This document shows, piece by piece, positions 40,199 to 50,336 of a DNA stretch of 64,000 nucleotides (positions are counted from its first letter, which is position 1; each line of letters opens with the position of its first letter). The position numbers and the translations under genes were made by a program. The stretch comes from Desulfomonilia bacterium (GTDB taxonomy: Bacteria; Desulfobacterota; Desulfomonilia; UBA1062): assembly GCA_050014195.1 (NCBI GenBank), contig JBEKDT010000007.1:1-64000 (forward strand). The letters run 5' to 3'. The notes beneath the pieces were generated by a model. That model saw nothing but the letters and a program-made list of their open reading frames with translations, searched no databases and was not told where the DNA came from.

Positions 40199-40588
40199 TC
40201 AGACGATGACCACCGGACAATGGGCATTGATGATCACGTGCTGGGCCACAGAGCCCAACAGGAACTTCTCAACCCTGGATTTCTTCTCGGTCCCGATAAC
40301 GATCTCGTCCACATGGTGCTCCTTGGCAAAGCGTATCACGTCATCGCCAGCATCGTTTCCTTTGATCAGTAGGTGCGTCTCGGCAACAATCTTCTCCTTT
40401 TCCAGGACGCCCTTGAGATATGCAAGATCGGTTTCCATTTTATCAATCTCATCAAGCTGCGGCTCTCCACCCTTGTGAAGGGAGCACACAATATCTACTG
40501 CGGCCTGAAAGGCCTTTGCATGCATTTTCACCAAAGGCAGGGCATCCTTGGCATACTCTGTCCCATCATAGTACATCAGTATTCTCAT
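40199..40588 (-). CDS. Universal stress protein
   Basis: ILMYYDG N-terminus; IVIG...LLGSVAQHVI...CPVVIV. Confidence 0.92.
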   Translation of the reverse strand: MRILMYYDGTEYAKDALPLVKMHAKAFQAAVDIVCSLHKGGEPQLDEIDKMETDLAYLKGVLEKEKIVAETHLLIKGNDAGDDVIRFAKEHHVDEIVIGTEKKSRVEKFLLGSVAQHVIINAHCPVVIV

Positions 40589-40679
40589 AGTCTGTTACTT
40601 CCTTTCTCCTGGCTGATCCGCAGTACATCATGCATCATGCGTCTCCCATGCCTCTCATAAGATCTGGCTCAGTATCCTT

Positions 40680-41180
40680 CTATTTCTTGAAGATCTTTTT
40701 CAGGAGCTGCTTTTCTTTTCCAGCATTCTCCACGGTCTTGCCCAATTCCTCCTGGTACCCGGTAACAAGGGCATGGATGATCCGGTCAAAGAACAGGTTC
40801 CCGTAGTAGTTAATCTCCAAGAGCTGGTTCAGGGTAAAACCGCTGTCTACCGCGATTTGGTCCCTGAGCTCATGCCAGATAGCCCTCTTGATGAGAAGAA
40901 AGACCATGACTACCTCGTCCAGCGGGATGCCTTCCATGCACCGGTGCGCACCCAAATCGGAATAGTAGGCGAACAAGGTGTTTTTGGGCTTGTTCTTGTT
41001 CAGCCAGTTTCCGAGCCTCACGTGCACATTGCGGATCACTTGGGCGATGCGCTCTTCAGTGACATCCTCTGAGAGCTCACGGTAATGCCTTGTCTCTTCC
41101 CTCTTCTGGATCTCCTGCTCAACGTTCTTCGTTATCTTCTCCGCATGGTTTTCAATGAGGGCCATGAATCGTTCGTACAT
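40680..41180 (-). CDS. Helical sensor-like protein (RsbRD N-terminal/globin-like), paralogue A
   Basis: YSDLGAHRCMEGIPLDEVV, FFDRIIHALVTGY; AGGAGG RBS. Confidence 0.75.
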   Translation of the reverse strand: MYERFMALIENHAEKITKNVEQEIQKREETRHYRELSEDVTEERIAQVIRNVHVRLGNWLNKNKPKNTLFAYYSDLGAHRCMEGIPLDEVVMVFLLIKRAIWHELRDQIAVDSGFTLNQLLEINYYGNLFFDRIIHALVTGYQEELGKTVENAGKEKQLLKKIFKK

Positions 41181-41207
41181 CGTTGATTCCTCCTTTCTCA
41201 GGTTTAA

Positions 41208-41693
41208 CTAATGATTGTATATGCTACCTGTCTTTTCGTTAGTCCTTCCTTGTTCGTCCTGATAGCCAATGACCGTAGAATGGATGATCTGATCAAAGAA
41301 CAGATTTACATAGAAATTGATCTCCAAGAGCTGATTGAGCGTTAAGCCAATGAACACCTCAGGCTCATTTTTAATTGCATCCAATATCTGTCTTTTGATC
41401 AGCATGATCAGCATGATAACCTCTTCAAGGGGTATGCCTTCCCTGCATCTCTGTGCACCTAGATCCGAATAATAGGCAAACATAGTATCCGAAGAATTCA
41501 TTTCCCATGTAATTCGCAATGTGTATGAAATACTAGGAAACTGGGTCAATAAGAACAAACCGAAAGACACCTCTTTCGAGATATCACGATCACGATAATG
41601 CCTGACTTCCTCTCTCTCTTGGATCTCCCGCATGAGATTTTTTGTTATCTTCTCAGAACCGTTTTCGATGAGCTTCATGAATCTTTCGTACAT
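41208..41693 (-). CDS. Paralogue B of 40680-41180, carrying an in-frame internal inversion (41485-41570)
   Basis: Aligns with paralogue A except for ~28 central residues, whose homologous sequence lies on the opposite strand. Confidence 0.8.
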   Translation of the reverse strand: MYERFMKLIENGSEKITKNLMREIQEREEVRHYRDRDISKEVSFGLFLLTQFPSISYTLRITWEMNSSDTMFAYYSDLGAQRCREGIPLEEVIMLIMLIKRQILDAIKNEPEVFIGLTLNQLLEINFYVNLFFDQIIHSTVIGYQDEQGRTNEKTGSIYNH

Positions 41694-41730
41694 GACCTTT
41701 CCCCCCTTCATCTGTATGAGTTAGTTAAAA

Positions 41731-41746
41731 GGCATTATTTATGCCA
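41731..41746 (-). promoter_or_regulatory. sigma54 promoter of the leftward operon (paralogues B and A, USP, membrane protein)
   Basis: Minus strand TGGCAT-AAATA-ATGCC (GG-N10-GC). Confidence 0.7.
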
Positions 41747-41828
41747 AGACATAAACGATTTATAACTTATTAAAATGACGATTATATTTATCTTTCCTAT
41801 ATATCTACCAACCCTGAATGACCGGGCA

Positions 41829-41870
41829 ATATTTGAATTTTTACAAGGTTTCTTTGCAATTTTTTAAAAG
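41829..41870. promoter_or_regulatory. Putative enhancer (tandem sites) related to 44627-44669
   Basis: Reverse complement aligns with 44627-44669 at ~31/43 positions by hand; both end 81-82 bp upstream of a sigma54 box. Confidence 0.6.
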
Positions 41871-42042
41871 ATCAAACCATCAAGGGATTTTCTCATGATC
41901 TCATGATAATGTCAGGTCACCTTTTCCTCTACAAGGATGATAAGGCATCCTATTGGCAATTCTCAATAGCTTCCCTGCCAGGGTCGTATTATAATTATAA
42001 AAGATTATTAAGATGACTTCAGACTGTAAGGAGACAATAAGG

Positions 42043-43221
42043 ATGCCGCGAAAACCGTCATATGCCGAGCTGCTGCAGAGGATAAGGGATCTTGAGGCCC
42101 GGCAGGACGCTCTTATAGAGAATAACCCTTCGGAGTATGGCATCGATGATCCCTTCAGGAAGAATGAGGAACATTTCAGAGACCTGGTGGAGAATTCGCC
42201 TACCGGCATTTCCATTGTCGTGGACGAGAAGGTCGTGTACAGAAACCTGGAACAGCAGAGGATCTTCGGGCCGCTGACCGGCGGTCTGCCGTCCATATAC
42301 GAGCGGGTCCACCCTGATGACCGACAAAAGCTTAAGGAACATTATCAATCGACCCTTGAAGGTCATACCGCAGGCATTGACCTCAGATTCATCGGCATAC
42401 GCAGTGAAGCAGCGGGTGACCACGCAACAATATGGATCCACGGCCGTTCAAGCCTTATAAGATATCAGGGCAGAAGGGCGATACTGTTCAACATGATGGA
42501 TGTCACTGCTGCCAGGGAGATGGAGCGCCTCCTGAACATCCAGGACCGGATGGCGTCCCTGGGCCATGTAGCAGCGGGCATTGCCCATGAGATCCGCAAT
42601 CCCCTTTCAGGGATCAACATTTATCTTGATAACGCTGAACAGATTCTGGAAAAAGGTGGGGACATAGAGAAGCTTAAGGAGGTTCTTAAAAAAATACAGT
42701 CCGCTTCATCCAAGATCGAATCCATAATCAAGCGTGTCATGGATTTCTCCAAGCCCTCCGAGCCGAAGCTCATGCACATCGATATCAACAGGCCTATTGA
42801 GGATGCTTTGGGGCTCTCCTCTGTCATGCTCAGAAAGACAGGTATTGAGATAATAACGGATCTTGCAAAAGGCCTTTCACCATGCATCGCAGATTCCCAG
42901 CTTATCGAGCAGGTGATCCTCAACCTTATAACGAATGCTGCAGAGGCTATGAAAGACATGGAACAGGGAAAGAAGATCAAAGTCAGCTCATCTTGTAAAG
43001 GGAACCATATCATTGTTTCTGTGGCGGATTCCGGACCAGGTGTACCGGCGGATCTGGCTCAAAAGATTTTCGACCCGTTCTTTACGACCAAGGGTAGCTC
43101 AACCGGCATCGGGCTGAGCCTCTGCCAGCGGATAATCCATGATCATAAAGGGACATTGAATATATCCTCCGGCACACTTGCCGGGGTTGAATTTACATTC
43201 ACCATACCTTTGGATATATGA
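42043..43221 (+). CDS. Cytoplasmic PAS histidine kinase (NtrB-like)
   Basis: PAS (VHPDD), H-box AHEIRNPL, N-box NLITNA, DSGPG, FDPFFTTK, GIGL. Confidence 0.93.
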   Translation: MPRKPSYAELLQRIRDLEARQDALIENNPSEYGIDDPFRKNEEHFRDLVENSPTGISIVVDEKVVYRNLEQQRIFGPLTGGLPSIYERVHPDDRQKLKEHYQSTLEGHTAGIDLRFIGIRSEAAGDHATIWIHGRSSLIRYQGRRAILFNMMDVTAAREMERLLNIQDRMASLGHVAAGIAHEIRNPLSGINIYLDNAEQILEKGGDIEKLKEVLKKIQSASSKIESIIKRVMDFSKPSEPKLMHIDINRPIEDALGLSSVMLRKTGIEIITDLAKGLSPCIADSQLIEQVILNLITNAAEAMKDMEQGKKIKVSSSCKGNHIIVSVADSGPGVPADLAQKIFDPFFTTKGSSTGIGLSLCQRIIHDHKGTLNISSGTLAGVEFTFTIPLDI

Positions 43222-43232
43222 TGGGAGGAAGC

Positions 43233-44624
43233 ATGATCAGGTTCTCTCTCGTTCTCATTGATGATGAGAAGACGATCAGGGATGGAATCAGCATGGCCCT
43301 TGATTCTGAATATGATGTCAGGACCTTTGCTACTGCGGAAGAAGCCCTTGACGCTATCAGAACCGCCCCTCCCGACCTCATCCTTCTTGATATCGGGCTC
43401 CCGAGCATGAACGGCATCGATGCCCTGGACAAGATTAAGGAAATGTACCCTGATATGCTGGTCATCATGATAACGGCATACGAAGACATCAAAACCGTCA
43501 TATCGGCCATGAAGCTCGGAGCCTATGACTATGTGGTAAAACCCATCGTCATGGGTGGACTGAGGGTTACTATACAAAACGCCCTGGAGTCTATCCGCCT
43601 CAGAAAGGAAGTGAGGCTCCTCCAGGAACACTACCTGAAAGACAACCTGCCTTTTTTCATTGCACAGAGCAATGAGATCCAGGAGGTCATGGACTTCATC
43701 ACAAGGGCTGCCAAGAGCCCTGACACGCCCATACTCATCCTGGGGGAGACCGGTACGGGCAAGGAGCTCATTGCGAGCGCCATCCACTACCACAGCCCGA
43801 ATTTCAAGGGTCCTTTTCTGACACTCAATTGCGCAGCCATCCCTAAGGAACTCATTGAAAGCGAGCTTTTCGGATATGAAAAAGGCGCTTTCAGCGGCGC
43901 AGGCCCTTCGGGGAAACGTGGCCTTATTGAGGAGGCAGCGGATGGAACCCTGTTTCTCGATGAAGTGGGTGATTTGAGCCTTCAGGCCCAGGCAAAACTC
44001 CTGCGCTTTCTGGAAGACGGGGAATTCTACCGTGTTGGTTCAACCCAGAAACACCATATCCGAACACGGATCGTGTCCGCAACAAACAAGGACCTGAGCG
44101 ACATGATGGAGCAGAGTTTATTCAGGAATGACCTATACTTCAGGCTGGGTGTGATCACAGTCCATGTTCCCTCCCTGAACGAGCGCAAGGAAGACATCAT
44201 GGCCCTGGCGAACCATTTTCTCGTTACGTTCAGCGCCAAGTTTCACAAAAAATATAAAGGCATATCAAAGGAGGCCAAGCAGGCCCTTCAAGAGCATCAC
44301 TGGGTGGGTAATGTACGCGAGTTGAAAAATCTCATTGAGCGGGGCGTACTTATCGGGAAAGGTCCTGAGCTGAAACTTGAGGATATGGGTATGAACATGT
44401 CAGGACGGGGAGGAGGTAAGCGCGCTGCAGAAAAGGTGTACTTTCCGGATGAAGATCCGGCCATTCCTCCTGAAGGCATCGATCTCATACAGGCAGTCAC
44501 TGAATATGAAAGACGTTATATAAAAGCCGCACTCAAGTATGCAGAGGGCAATGAGAGCAAGGCTGCAAGGCTTCTCCACATGAACCACTACACATTCCGC
44601 TACCAGAAAAAAAAGATCCTGTAG
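43233..44624 (+). CDS. NtrC-family sigma54-dependent response regulator
   Basis: Receiver (IDDE, LLDIGLP, VKP), [35 protein letters not shown]. Confidence 0.94.
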   Translation: MIRFSLVLIDDEKTIRDGISMALDSEYDVRTFATAEEALDAIRTAPPDLILLDIGLPSMNGIDALDKIKEMYPDMLVIMITAYEDIKTVISAMKLGAYDYVVKPIVMGGLRVTIQNALESIRLRKEVRLLQEHYLKDNLPFFIAQSNEIQEVMDFITRAAKSPDTPILILGETGTGKELIASAIHYHSPNFKGPFLTLNCAAIPKELIESELFGYEKGAFSGAGPSGKRGLIEEAADGTLFLDEVGDLSLQAQAKLLRFLEDGEFYRVGSTQKHHIRTRIVSATNKDLSDMMEQSLFRNDLYFRLGVITVHVPSLNERKEDIMALANHFLVTFSAKFHKKYKGISKEAKQALQEHHWVGNVRELKNLIERGVLIGKGPELKLEDMGMNMSGRGGGKRAAEKVYFPDEDPAIPPEGIDLIQAVTEYERRYIKAALKYAEGNESKAARLLHMNHYTFRYQKKKIL

Positions 44625-44750
44625 ACATTTTGAAAAATTATCAAGGATCTTTGTGAATTTTGCAAATATCTGAGTAACCGAATTCTATCCAGTTTCTTAA
44701 TAGAGCAGCTAACAGATTGAATGGACATATGATCTCGTAATACGCTTATC

Positions 44751-44766
44751 TGGCATGCCCTATGCT
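44751..44766 (+). promoter_or_regulatory. sigma54 promoter
   Basis: TGGCAT-GCCCT-ATGCT, ~30 bp upstream of ATG 44796. Confidence 0.75.
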
Positions 44767-44795
44767 CTATACACAGTTCAGAGGCAAGAAAATTT

Positions 44796-45185
44796 ATGAA
44801 CCTGTTTGAAGAGATCAGAGATAAGAAAATTTTACTCATTGATGATGATGAGAGTATCAGGGACTCCATGAGCATGTTTTTTCTCGGTGAAGGCATTTCG
44901 ATCGATACTCTGGAGACAGCGGAAGAAGGAGTCAATGCCATAAAAAAACAGCACTACGACATCATAATCACCGACTACAAACTGCCCAGCATGGACGGAC
45001 TGAGTTTTCTCAAGCACATTCATGTGCTATGCCCTGATTCCTTTAAGATTTTCCTAACTACATATGGGAACAAAGAAGAGTTCTCAGAGGCAACCCGGCT
45101 AGGAGCAGACGAATACATAGTAAAGCCCTTTACCACCAAGCTCATCAAGGATGTCCTGACACGATTTATGGAAAGAAGGAGATAA
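44796..45185 (+). CDS. Single-domain response regulator
   Basis: LIDDD, ITDYKLPSMDG, YIVKPF. Confidence 0.92.
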   Translation: MNLFEEIRDKKILLIDDDESIRDSMSMFFLGEGISIDTLETAEEGVNAIKKQHYDIIITDYKLPSMDGLSFLKHIHVLCPDSFKIFLTTYGNKEEFSEATRLGADEYIVKPFTTKLIKDVLTRFMERRR

Positions 45186-45208
45186 AGAGTCGTATATAGG
45201 AGGACTGT

Positions 45209-45643
45209 ATGTTTGATAAAATCTTGTATCCAACTGACTTTTCAGAAATAGCACATAAAGCATTACCCTATATTGAGGCATTAAAGAGTGCTGGGGCGAA
45301 TGAGGTGATCATTTTGCATGTAAACGATGAGACATGCGTAAATACTCTTCGCATATTTACGGCACAAGATGTTCTTGCTTTAGAAAAACGCTTGAAGGAT
45401 TCAGCACTCAACCAGATTGCCCCCCTTGAAGATGAGTTGAGGAGTAAAGGATTTCGAGTCAAATCCCACATCGATAATGGTATCCCTTTCAGAGAGATTC
45501 TGAAGGTGGCAGAGGAAGAGAATGTTTCTATTATCATTATGGGCTCTCATGGAAAGAACAGCATCATCGAGATTATGCTGGGCTCTGTTGCTGAAAAAGT
45601 GGCCAGTAGAGCCCATAAGCCTGTACTCATAGTAAGGAGATGA
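45209..45643 (+). CDS. Universal stress protein
   Basis: KILYPTDFS, MGSHG, LGSVAEKV, PVLIV. Confidence 0.94.
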   Translation: MFDKILYPTDFSEIAHKALPYIEALKSAGANEVIILHVNDETCVNTLRIFTAQDVLALEKRLKDSALNQIAPLEDELRSKGFRVKSHIDNGIPFREILKVAEEENVSIIIMGSHGKNSIIEIMLGSVAEKVASRAHKPVLIVRR

Positions 45644-45703
45644 GAAGTTTTCCAAATAACAGGACCAGCGAGAGCGGGCCTACTGCTGAACCGTATAAAT
45701 CAG

Positions 45704-48700
45704 ATGATAAAAACATGGATAAATAAATATCTGAAAAAGGAAGGGACAGAGGCATTCAATGACATCGAAGGTTGGAGAACATATTACTTTGACCTGATAT
45801 TGTTCCTTGCCTGTATCCTTTTGCCCATAGCTCTTGCTGTTAATCTTTCGACTTACATCGAGGAAAACAGATGGGGAACCCTTATATTTCAGGTAGGGAT
45901 ATTCTTTTTCCTGGCGATCTTGTTTTTCATACGGAATCCCCTTGTCCGCTGGGGTATGTTCTTTTTCTTTCTTTATGCAACTGTCATCACATTCTTCATT
46001 TCTCTTGGACCCTTCTATGCCCGTCCCGGATGGCTTGTTCTCTGTACTGTCACTGCCGCCCTTCTCTTCGGAGTGCCTGCTGCAGTGGCATCCGTTGGAC
46101 TTAATGCCATACTACTTCTTGTCCTCTATTACTTTATTGGGCCGCATCTGCAATCATGGGCGACAGCCTATACAGAGCCTGATCTGAAATGGATCATATT
46201 CACCGTGAATATCTCTTTTGTCTCCCTTGTGGCAAGTGTGCCTGTCAGCCTGCTCTTGAGAAGGCTGAATACTTCCTTTCAACATGAACAGGATATGCAC
46301 CAGCAGCTTTTAAATGAAAGTGAATCGCAGAGAGAAACAAACGCCATTCTCTCCAATGAGATCGCTGAACGTAAGCGTATAGAAGGAGAATTGAAAGAGA
46401 GTCAAAAAAGCTACCGGCTTCTTGCAGAGAATGTTCGTGACGTTATGTGGATCTTTGACCTGAATCTTGACTACGCCTTCGTGACACCGTCTGTACAGAG
46501 GTTGAGAGGTTACACCGTCGAAGAGGCATTGAAACAGACCATTGATCAGATCCTGACGCCGGAATCCTATCAAAAGGCCAAGGCGATTCTGGATAGAGAA
46601 ATTGCGCTGGAATTCAGTGGAAAACGCCATGGGCCTGAATGGTCATTAACCACTGAACTCGAGATGGTCCGTAAAGATGGCTCTACCGTCTGGACAGAGG
46701 CTACCATGAACATGGTCTACCATGAGGATGGCGAGCCTACAGGAATCATAGGGGTAACCCGTGACATCACCGAACGCAAGCGGACGGAGAAGGCGCTTAC
46801 GGAATCAAAAAACTATCTGGACAGGATCATCAATTCTGTTGCCGATCCCATTTTTGTTAAAGACAGACAACACCGCTGGGTATTACTGAACGACGCTATG
46901 TGCAATTTTATGGGGCACAACCGAGAGGAATTGATAGTGAAATCTGACTATGATTTCTTCCCGAAAAGTGAAGCCGATACCTTCTGGGAAAAAGATGAGG
47001 CCGTCTTTAATTCGGGTAAAGAAAACATCAATGAGGAAAAATTCACTGATGTAAAAGGAGTTGTTCATACTATCGTTACAAAAAAAACATTGTACACGGA
47101 CGATAAGGGAGAGAAGTTCATAGTTGGTATCATCAGGGATATTACAGGGAGAAAGCAGGTCGAGGGAATAATCCGAAAGAGCGAAGAGCGATATCGGACG
47201 ATCTTTGAGAGCACGGCGACAGCCAACATCATTGTGGCTGAGGATACGACAATCCTTCTAGCAAACTCGAACTTCGAGAGAATGACGGGGTATTCGAGGA
47301 GTGAATTGGAAGGGAAAATGAGCTGGACGAGTCTTGTGGTGGACGAGGACCTTGAGAGGGCAAAAATGAATCACAGGATGCGTCGAGAAAAGCCGGGATC
47401 AGCAGCTAACTCCTATGAATTGCGGTGTGTCAATCGGCAGGGCCAAATAAGGGATCTCTATATGAGTGTTGCCGTCATCCCTGATACACAAGAGAGTGTT
47501 ACCTCCTTAATAGACATATCTGAACGAAAGCAGGCTGAAGAAGATCTCCGAAGGAGTGAAGAGCGATATCGTACCATGTTTGAGCACACAGGCAATGCAT
47601 CGGTACTCTTTGGTGAGGACACAACTCTCCTGCTGGTAAATTCAAATTTCGAGAAGCTCTCCGGGTACTCAAAAAAGGAACTTGAAGGCAAGATGAGCTG
47701 GACCGCTTTCGTTGATAAGGAAGATCTGGAGAGGATGCGGCAATATCATGAGATGCGCAGGAATGAACAGGGGTCTGTCCCTGATTCCTATGAATTCGGC
47801 TTCATTAATCGCTGTGGGGAGAAGAAAGACATATTCCTGAACATAGCCCTCATCCCTGGAACCAAAGTAAGTGTCTGCTCCCTGATAGATATCACCGAGC
47901 GCAAGAAGGCAGCTGAAGAGAAGAAGCGGCTTGAGGATCAACTCACCCAAGCCCAGAAAATGGAGTCCATAGGGACATTAGCTGGCGGGATCGCACATGA
48001 CTTCAATAATATCCTTACAGCAATAATCGGATATTCAGAACTCGCCCTCGACGATGTCTCAGATCCAGAAAAGGCGAAGACAGAAATCAGAGAGGTGATC
48101 AAGGCGGGTGATCGTGCCAAAAACCTCGTGAGTCAAATCCTTACATTCAGTCGCAAGACTGAGACCACATATTCTCCATTGGAACTCCCAACTCTTATCA
48201 AGGAATCGCTCAAGATGCTTCGATCAGTTATCCCAGCGACCATTGAGATTCGCCGGGGTATCATCAAGTCGGGTCTGGTCATGGTAGATCCTACCCAGAT
48301 TCATCAATTGATGATGAACCTGTGCACCAATGCGGCTCATGCAATGGATGAGACTGGGGGTGTGCTTTCCGTAAGCTTGCATAAAGACAATATAGATGCA
48401 GAGATAGCTAGTGATCTTGAAGTATCTCCCGGACCTTATTTAAGGCTCACCGTCAGTGACACCGGTCATGGCATGACCCCTGAGGTCATGGAAAGGATCT
48501 TCGAGCCTTATTTTACTACCAAGGAACTTGGGCGTGGAACAGGCCTTGGACTGTCGGTTGTTCATGGGATTGTAAAAAGTCATGGTGGCGCTATCATTTG
48601 TAAGAGTGCATCTGGAGAAGGGACAACCTTTGATATTTATCTACCTGAACTTGTATTGGAGACAAAAGCTCCAGAATCTACCAAGGAAGAATCTCTTCCG

Positions 48701-49075
48701 AGGGGAACCGAGCGTATACTTTACATTGATGATGAACCAGCTCTGGCTAACTTAGCAGAAAAGATGCTGAGTAAACTGGGATACGATGTAACCACTTTGA
48801 CAAGCAGCCTTGAGGCATTGAATATCTTTAAATCAAGGGCAGATAAGTTCGACCTGGTCATCACTGACATGACCATGCCAGGCATGACAGGAGATACCCT
48901 GGCCCAGAAGCTTATGGAAATTCGACCTGATATTCCTGTGATTCTGTGTACCGGATATAGCGAGCACGTCTCGGGTGAGGGAGCAAAAAAGATCGGTATT
49001 CGGAAATTTGTCATGAAGCCCTTAGAAATGAAAGTGTTGGCGAAGGCCATCCGTAAGGTGCTCGATGACAAATAA
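45704..49075 (+). CDS. Membrane hybrid histidine kinase (TM region, 4 PAS, HisKA/HATPase, receiver)
   Basis: N-terminal TMs, four PAS/PAC ending DITERK-like, AHDFNNIL, GTGLGL, ITDMTMP. Confidence 0.93.
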   Translation: MIKTWINKYLKKEGTEAFNDIEGWRTYYFDLILFLACILLPIALAVNLSTYIEENRWGTLIFQVGIFFFLAILFFIRNPLVRWGMFFFFLYATVITFFISLGPFYARPGWLVLCTVTAALLFGVPAAVASVGLNAILLLVLYYFIGPHLQSWATAYTEPDLKWIIFTVNISFVSLVASVPVSLLLRRLNTSFQHEQDMHQQLLNESESQRETNAILSNEIAERKRIEGELKESQKSYRLLAENVRDVMWIFDLNLDYAFVTPSVQRLRGYTVEEALKQTIDQILTPESYQKAKAILDREIALEFSGKRHGPEWSLTTELEMVRKDGSTVWTEATMNMVYHEDGEPTGIIGVTRDITERKRTEKALTESKNYLDRIINSVADPIFVKDRQHRWVLLNDAMCNFMGHNREELIVKSDYDFFPKSEADTFWEKDEAVFNSGKENINEEKFTDVKGVVHTIVTKKTLYTDDKGEKFIVGIIRDITGRKQVEGIIRKSEERYRTIFESTATANIIVAEDTTILLANSNFERMTGYSRSELEGKMSWTSLVVDEDLERAKMNHRMRREKPGSAANSYELRCVNRQGQIRDLYMSVAVIPDTQESVTSLIDISERKQAEEDLRRSEERYRTMFEHTGNASVLFGEDTTLLLVNSNFEKLSGYSKKELEGKMSWTAFVDKEDLERMRQYHEMRRNEQGSVPDSYEFGFINRCGEKKDIFLNIALIPGTKVSVCSLIDITERKKAAEEKKRLEDQLTQAQKMESIGTLAGGIAHDFNNILTAIIGYSELALDDVSDPEKAKTEIREVIKAGDRAKNLVSQILTFSRKTETTYSPLELPTLIKESLKMLRSVIPATIEIRRGIIKSGLVMVDPTQIHQLMMNLCTNAAHAMDETGGVLSVSLHKDNIDAEIASDLEVSPGPYLRLTVSDTGHGMTPEVMERIFEPYFTTKELGRGTGLGLSVVHGIVKSHGGAIICKSASGEGTTFDIYLPELVLETKAPESTKEESLPRGTERILYIDDEPALANLAEKMLSKLGYDVTTLTSSLEALNIFKSRADKFDLVITDMTMPGMTGDTLAQKLMEIRPDIPVILCTGYSEHVSGEGAKKIGIRKFVMKPLEMKVLAKAIRKVLDDK

Positions 49076-49149
49076 CATAAGTGAGAATGTATTATTTTAG
49101 GGATAACTATAGATTGATTTAAAAGGCATTCTCATAATCGAGGTATTCA

Positions 49150-50265
49150 ATGAAACATAAAGAACCAACAAAGGAGGATCTCATAAAAGAGTTGGCTGCT
49201 GCACGCCAGTTGATAGGAGAATTGAAAATTGCAGATTCTAAACACAAGCGGACAGAGGAGGCGCTCCGTGAATCAGAAGAAAAATACCGTTTGCTTGCGG
49301 AAAATGCTCATGAGGCTATTTTCGTTGTACAGGATGACATGATTCGATATGCTAATGTAAAGGCCAGTGAACTCTCAGGTTATTCAAAAGAGGATTTAAC
49401 CTTTAACCAATTCTTGTCTTTTTTACATCCGGAAGACCGGGAGATGGTTCTGGATCGTCACCAGAAAAAGATTAGGGGCGAGACACTCACTGAAATCTAT
49501 TCCTTCAGAATTGTGAATAAAGATGGAACTATTAGGTGGGTAGAAACCAACACGGTCTTAATCTTTATGGAAGGCAGACCAGCCACGTTGAATTTCCTTT
49601 CGGACATCACCGATCGCAAGCAGTCTGAGGAGGAACTTAAGGAGAGCGAGAGACGCTATCAGACACTGGCCGAGAACGTGCATGACATGATCTTGGTCTT
49701 TGACCTCAATTTGGAACCTACCTACATCAGCCCATCGGTCAAGTACCTGAGTGGATACAATGTAGAAGAGGCCATGAAACACAGACTCGATCAGATCCTC
49801 ACACCCGAGTCATACAAGAGACTCATGGAGATTTTTGAAAGAGAAATCTCATTTGAAAGGAGTGGACAAAAACACGGTCCTGGATGGTCTCAGACCATCG
49901 AACAAGAGATACTCAGGAGGGATGGCGCTACAGTCTGGATAGAGGTTACCCTTAACCTTATCTATGATGAAGAGGGTATACTCAAGAGCATCGTAGGTAT
50001 CGCCCGAGATATCACTGAACGCAAGCTCGCTGCTCTGGAACGAGAACAACTTCTCAGTGAACTGCAGCAAGCCCTGGCAAATGTCAAAACCCTGAGCGGG
50101 TTGCTTCCCATCTGTGCCAACTGCAAGAAAATACGTGATGACAAAGGTTATTGGAATCAGATCGAGAGTTATATCTCAGAGCATTCTGAAGCTGTTTTCA
50201 GTCATGGTATCTGCCCAGAGTGCACCAAGCAGCTCTATCCTGATTTTTATAATCGAAAAAAATAA
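49150..50265 (+). CDS. Two-PAS protein with C-terminal Cys/His metal-binding domain
   Basis: Two PAS/PAC domains, then GLLPICANCKKIRDDKGYW...FSHGICPEC. Confidence 0.88.
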   Translation: MKHKEPTKEDLIKELAAARQLIGELKIADSKHKRTEEALRESEEKYRLLAENAHEAIFVVQDDMIRYANVKASELSGYSKEDLTFNQFLSFLHPEDREMVLDRHQKKIRGETLTEIYSFRIVNKDGTIRWVETNTVLIFMEGRPATLNFLSDITDRKQSEEELKESERRYQTLAENVHDMILVFDLNLEPTYISPSVKYLSGYNVEEAMKHRLDQILTPESYKRLMEIFEREISFERSGQKHGPGWSQTIEQEILRRDGATVWIEVTLNLIYDEEGILKSIVGIARDITERKLAALEREQLLSELQQALANVKTLSGLLPICANCKKIRDDKGYWNQIESYISEHSEAVFSHGICPECTKQLYPDFYNRKK

Positions 50266-50336
50266 CAATGCACTACACCCAGATCCGGCTGGCCCAAGAA
50301 TAAAATTATTTTGAATAGAAAGCAAAGGAGACGGAT

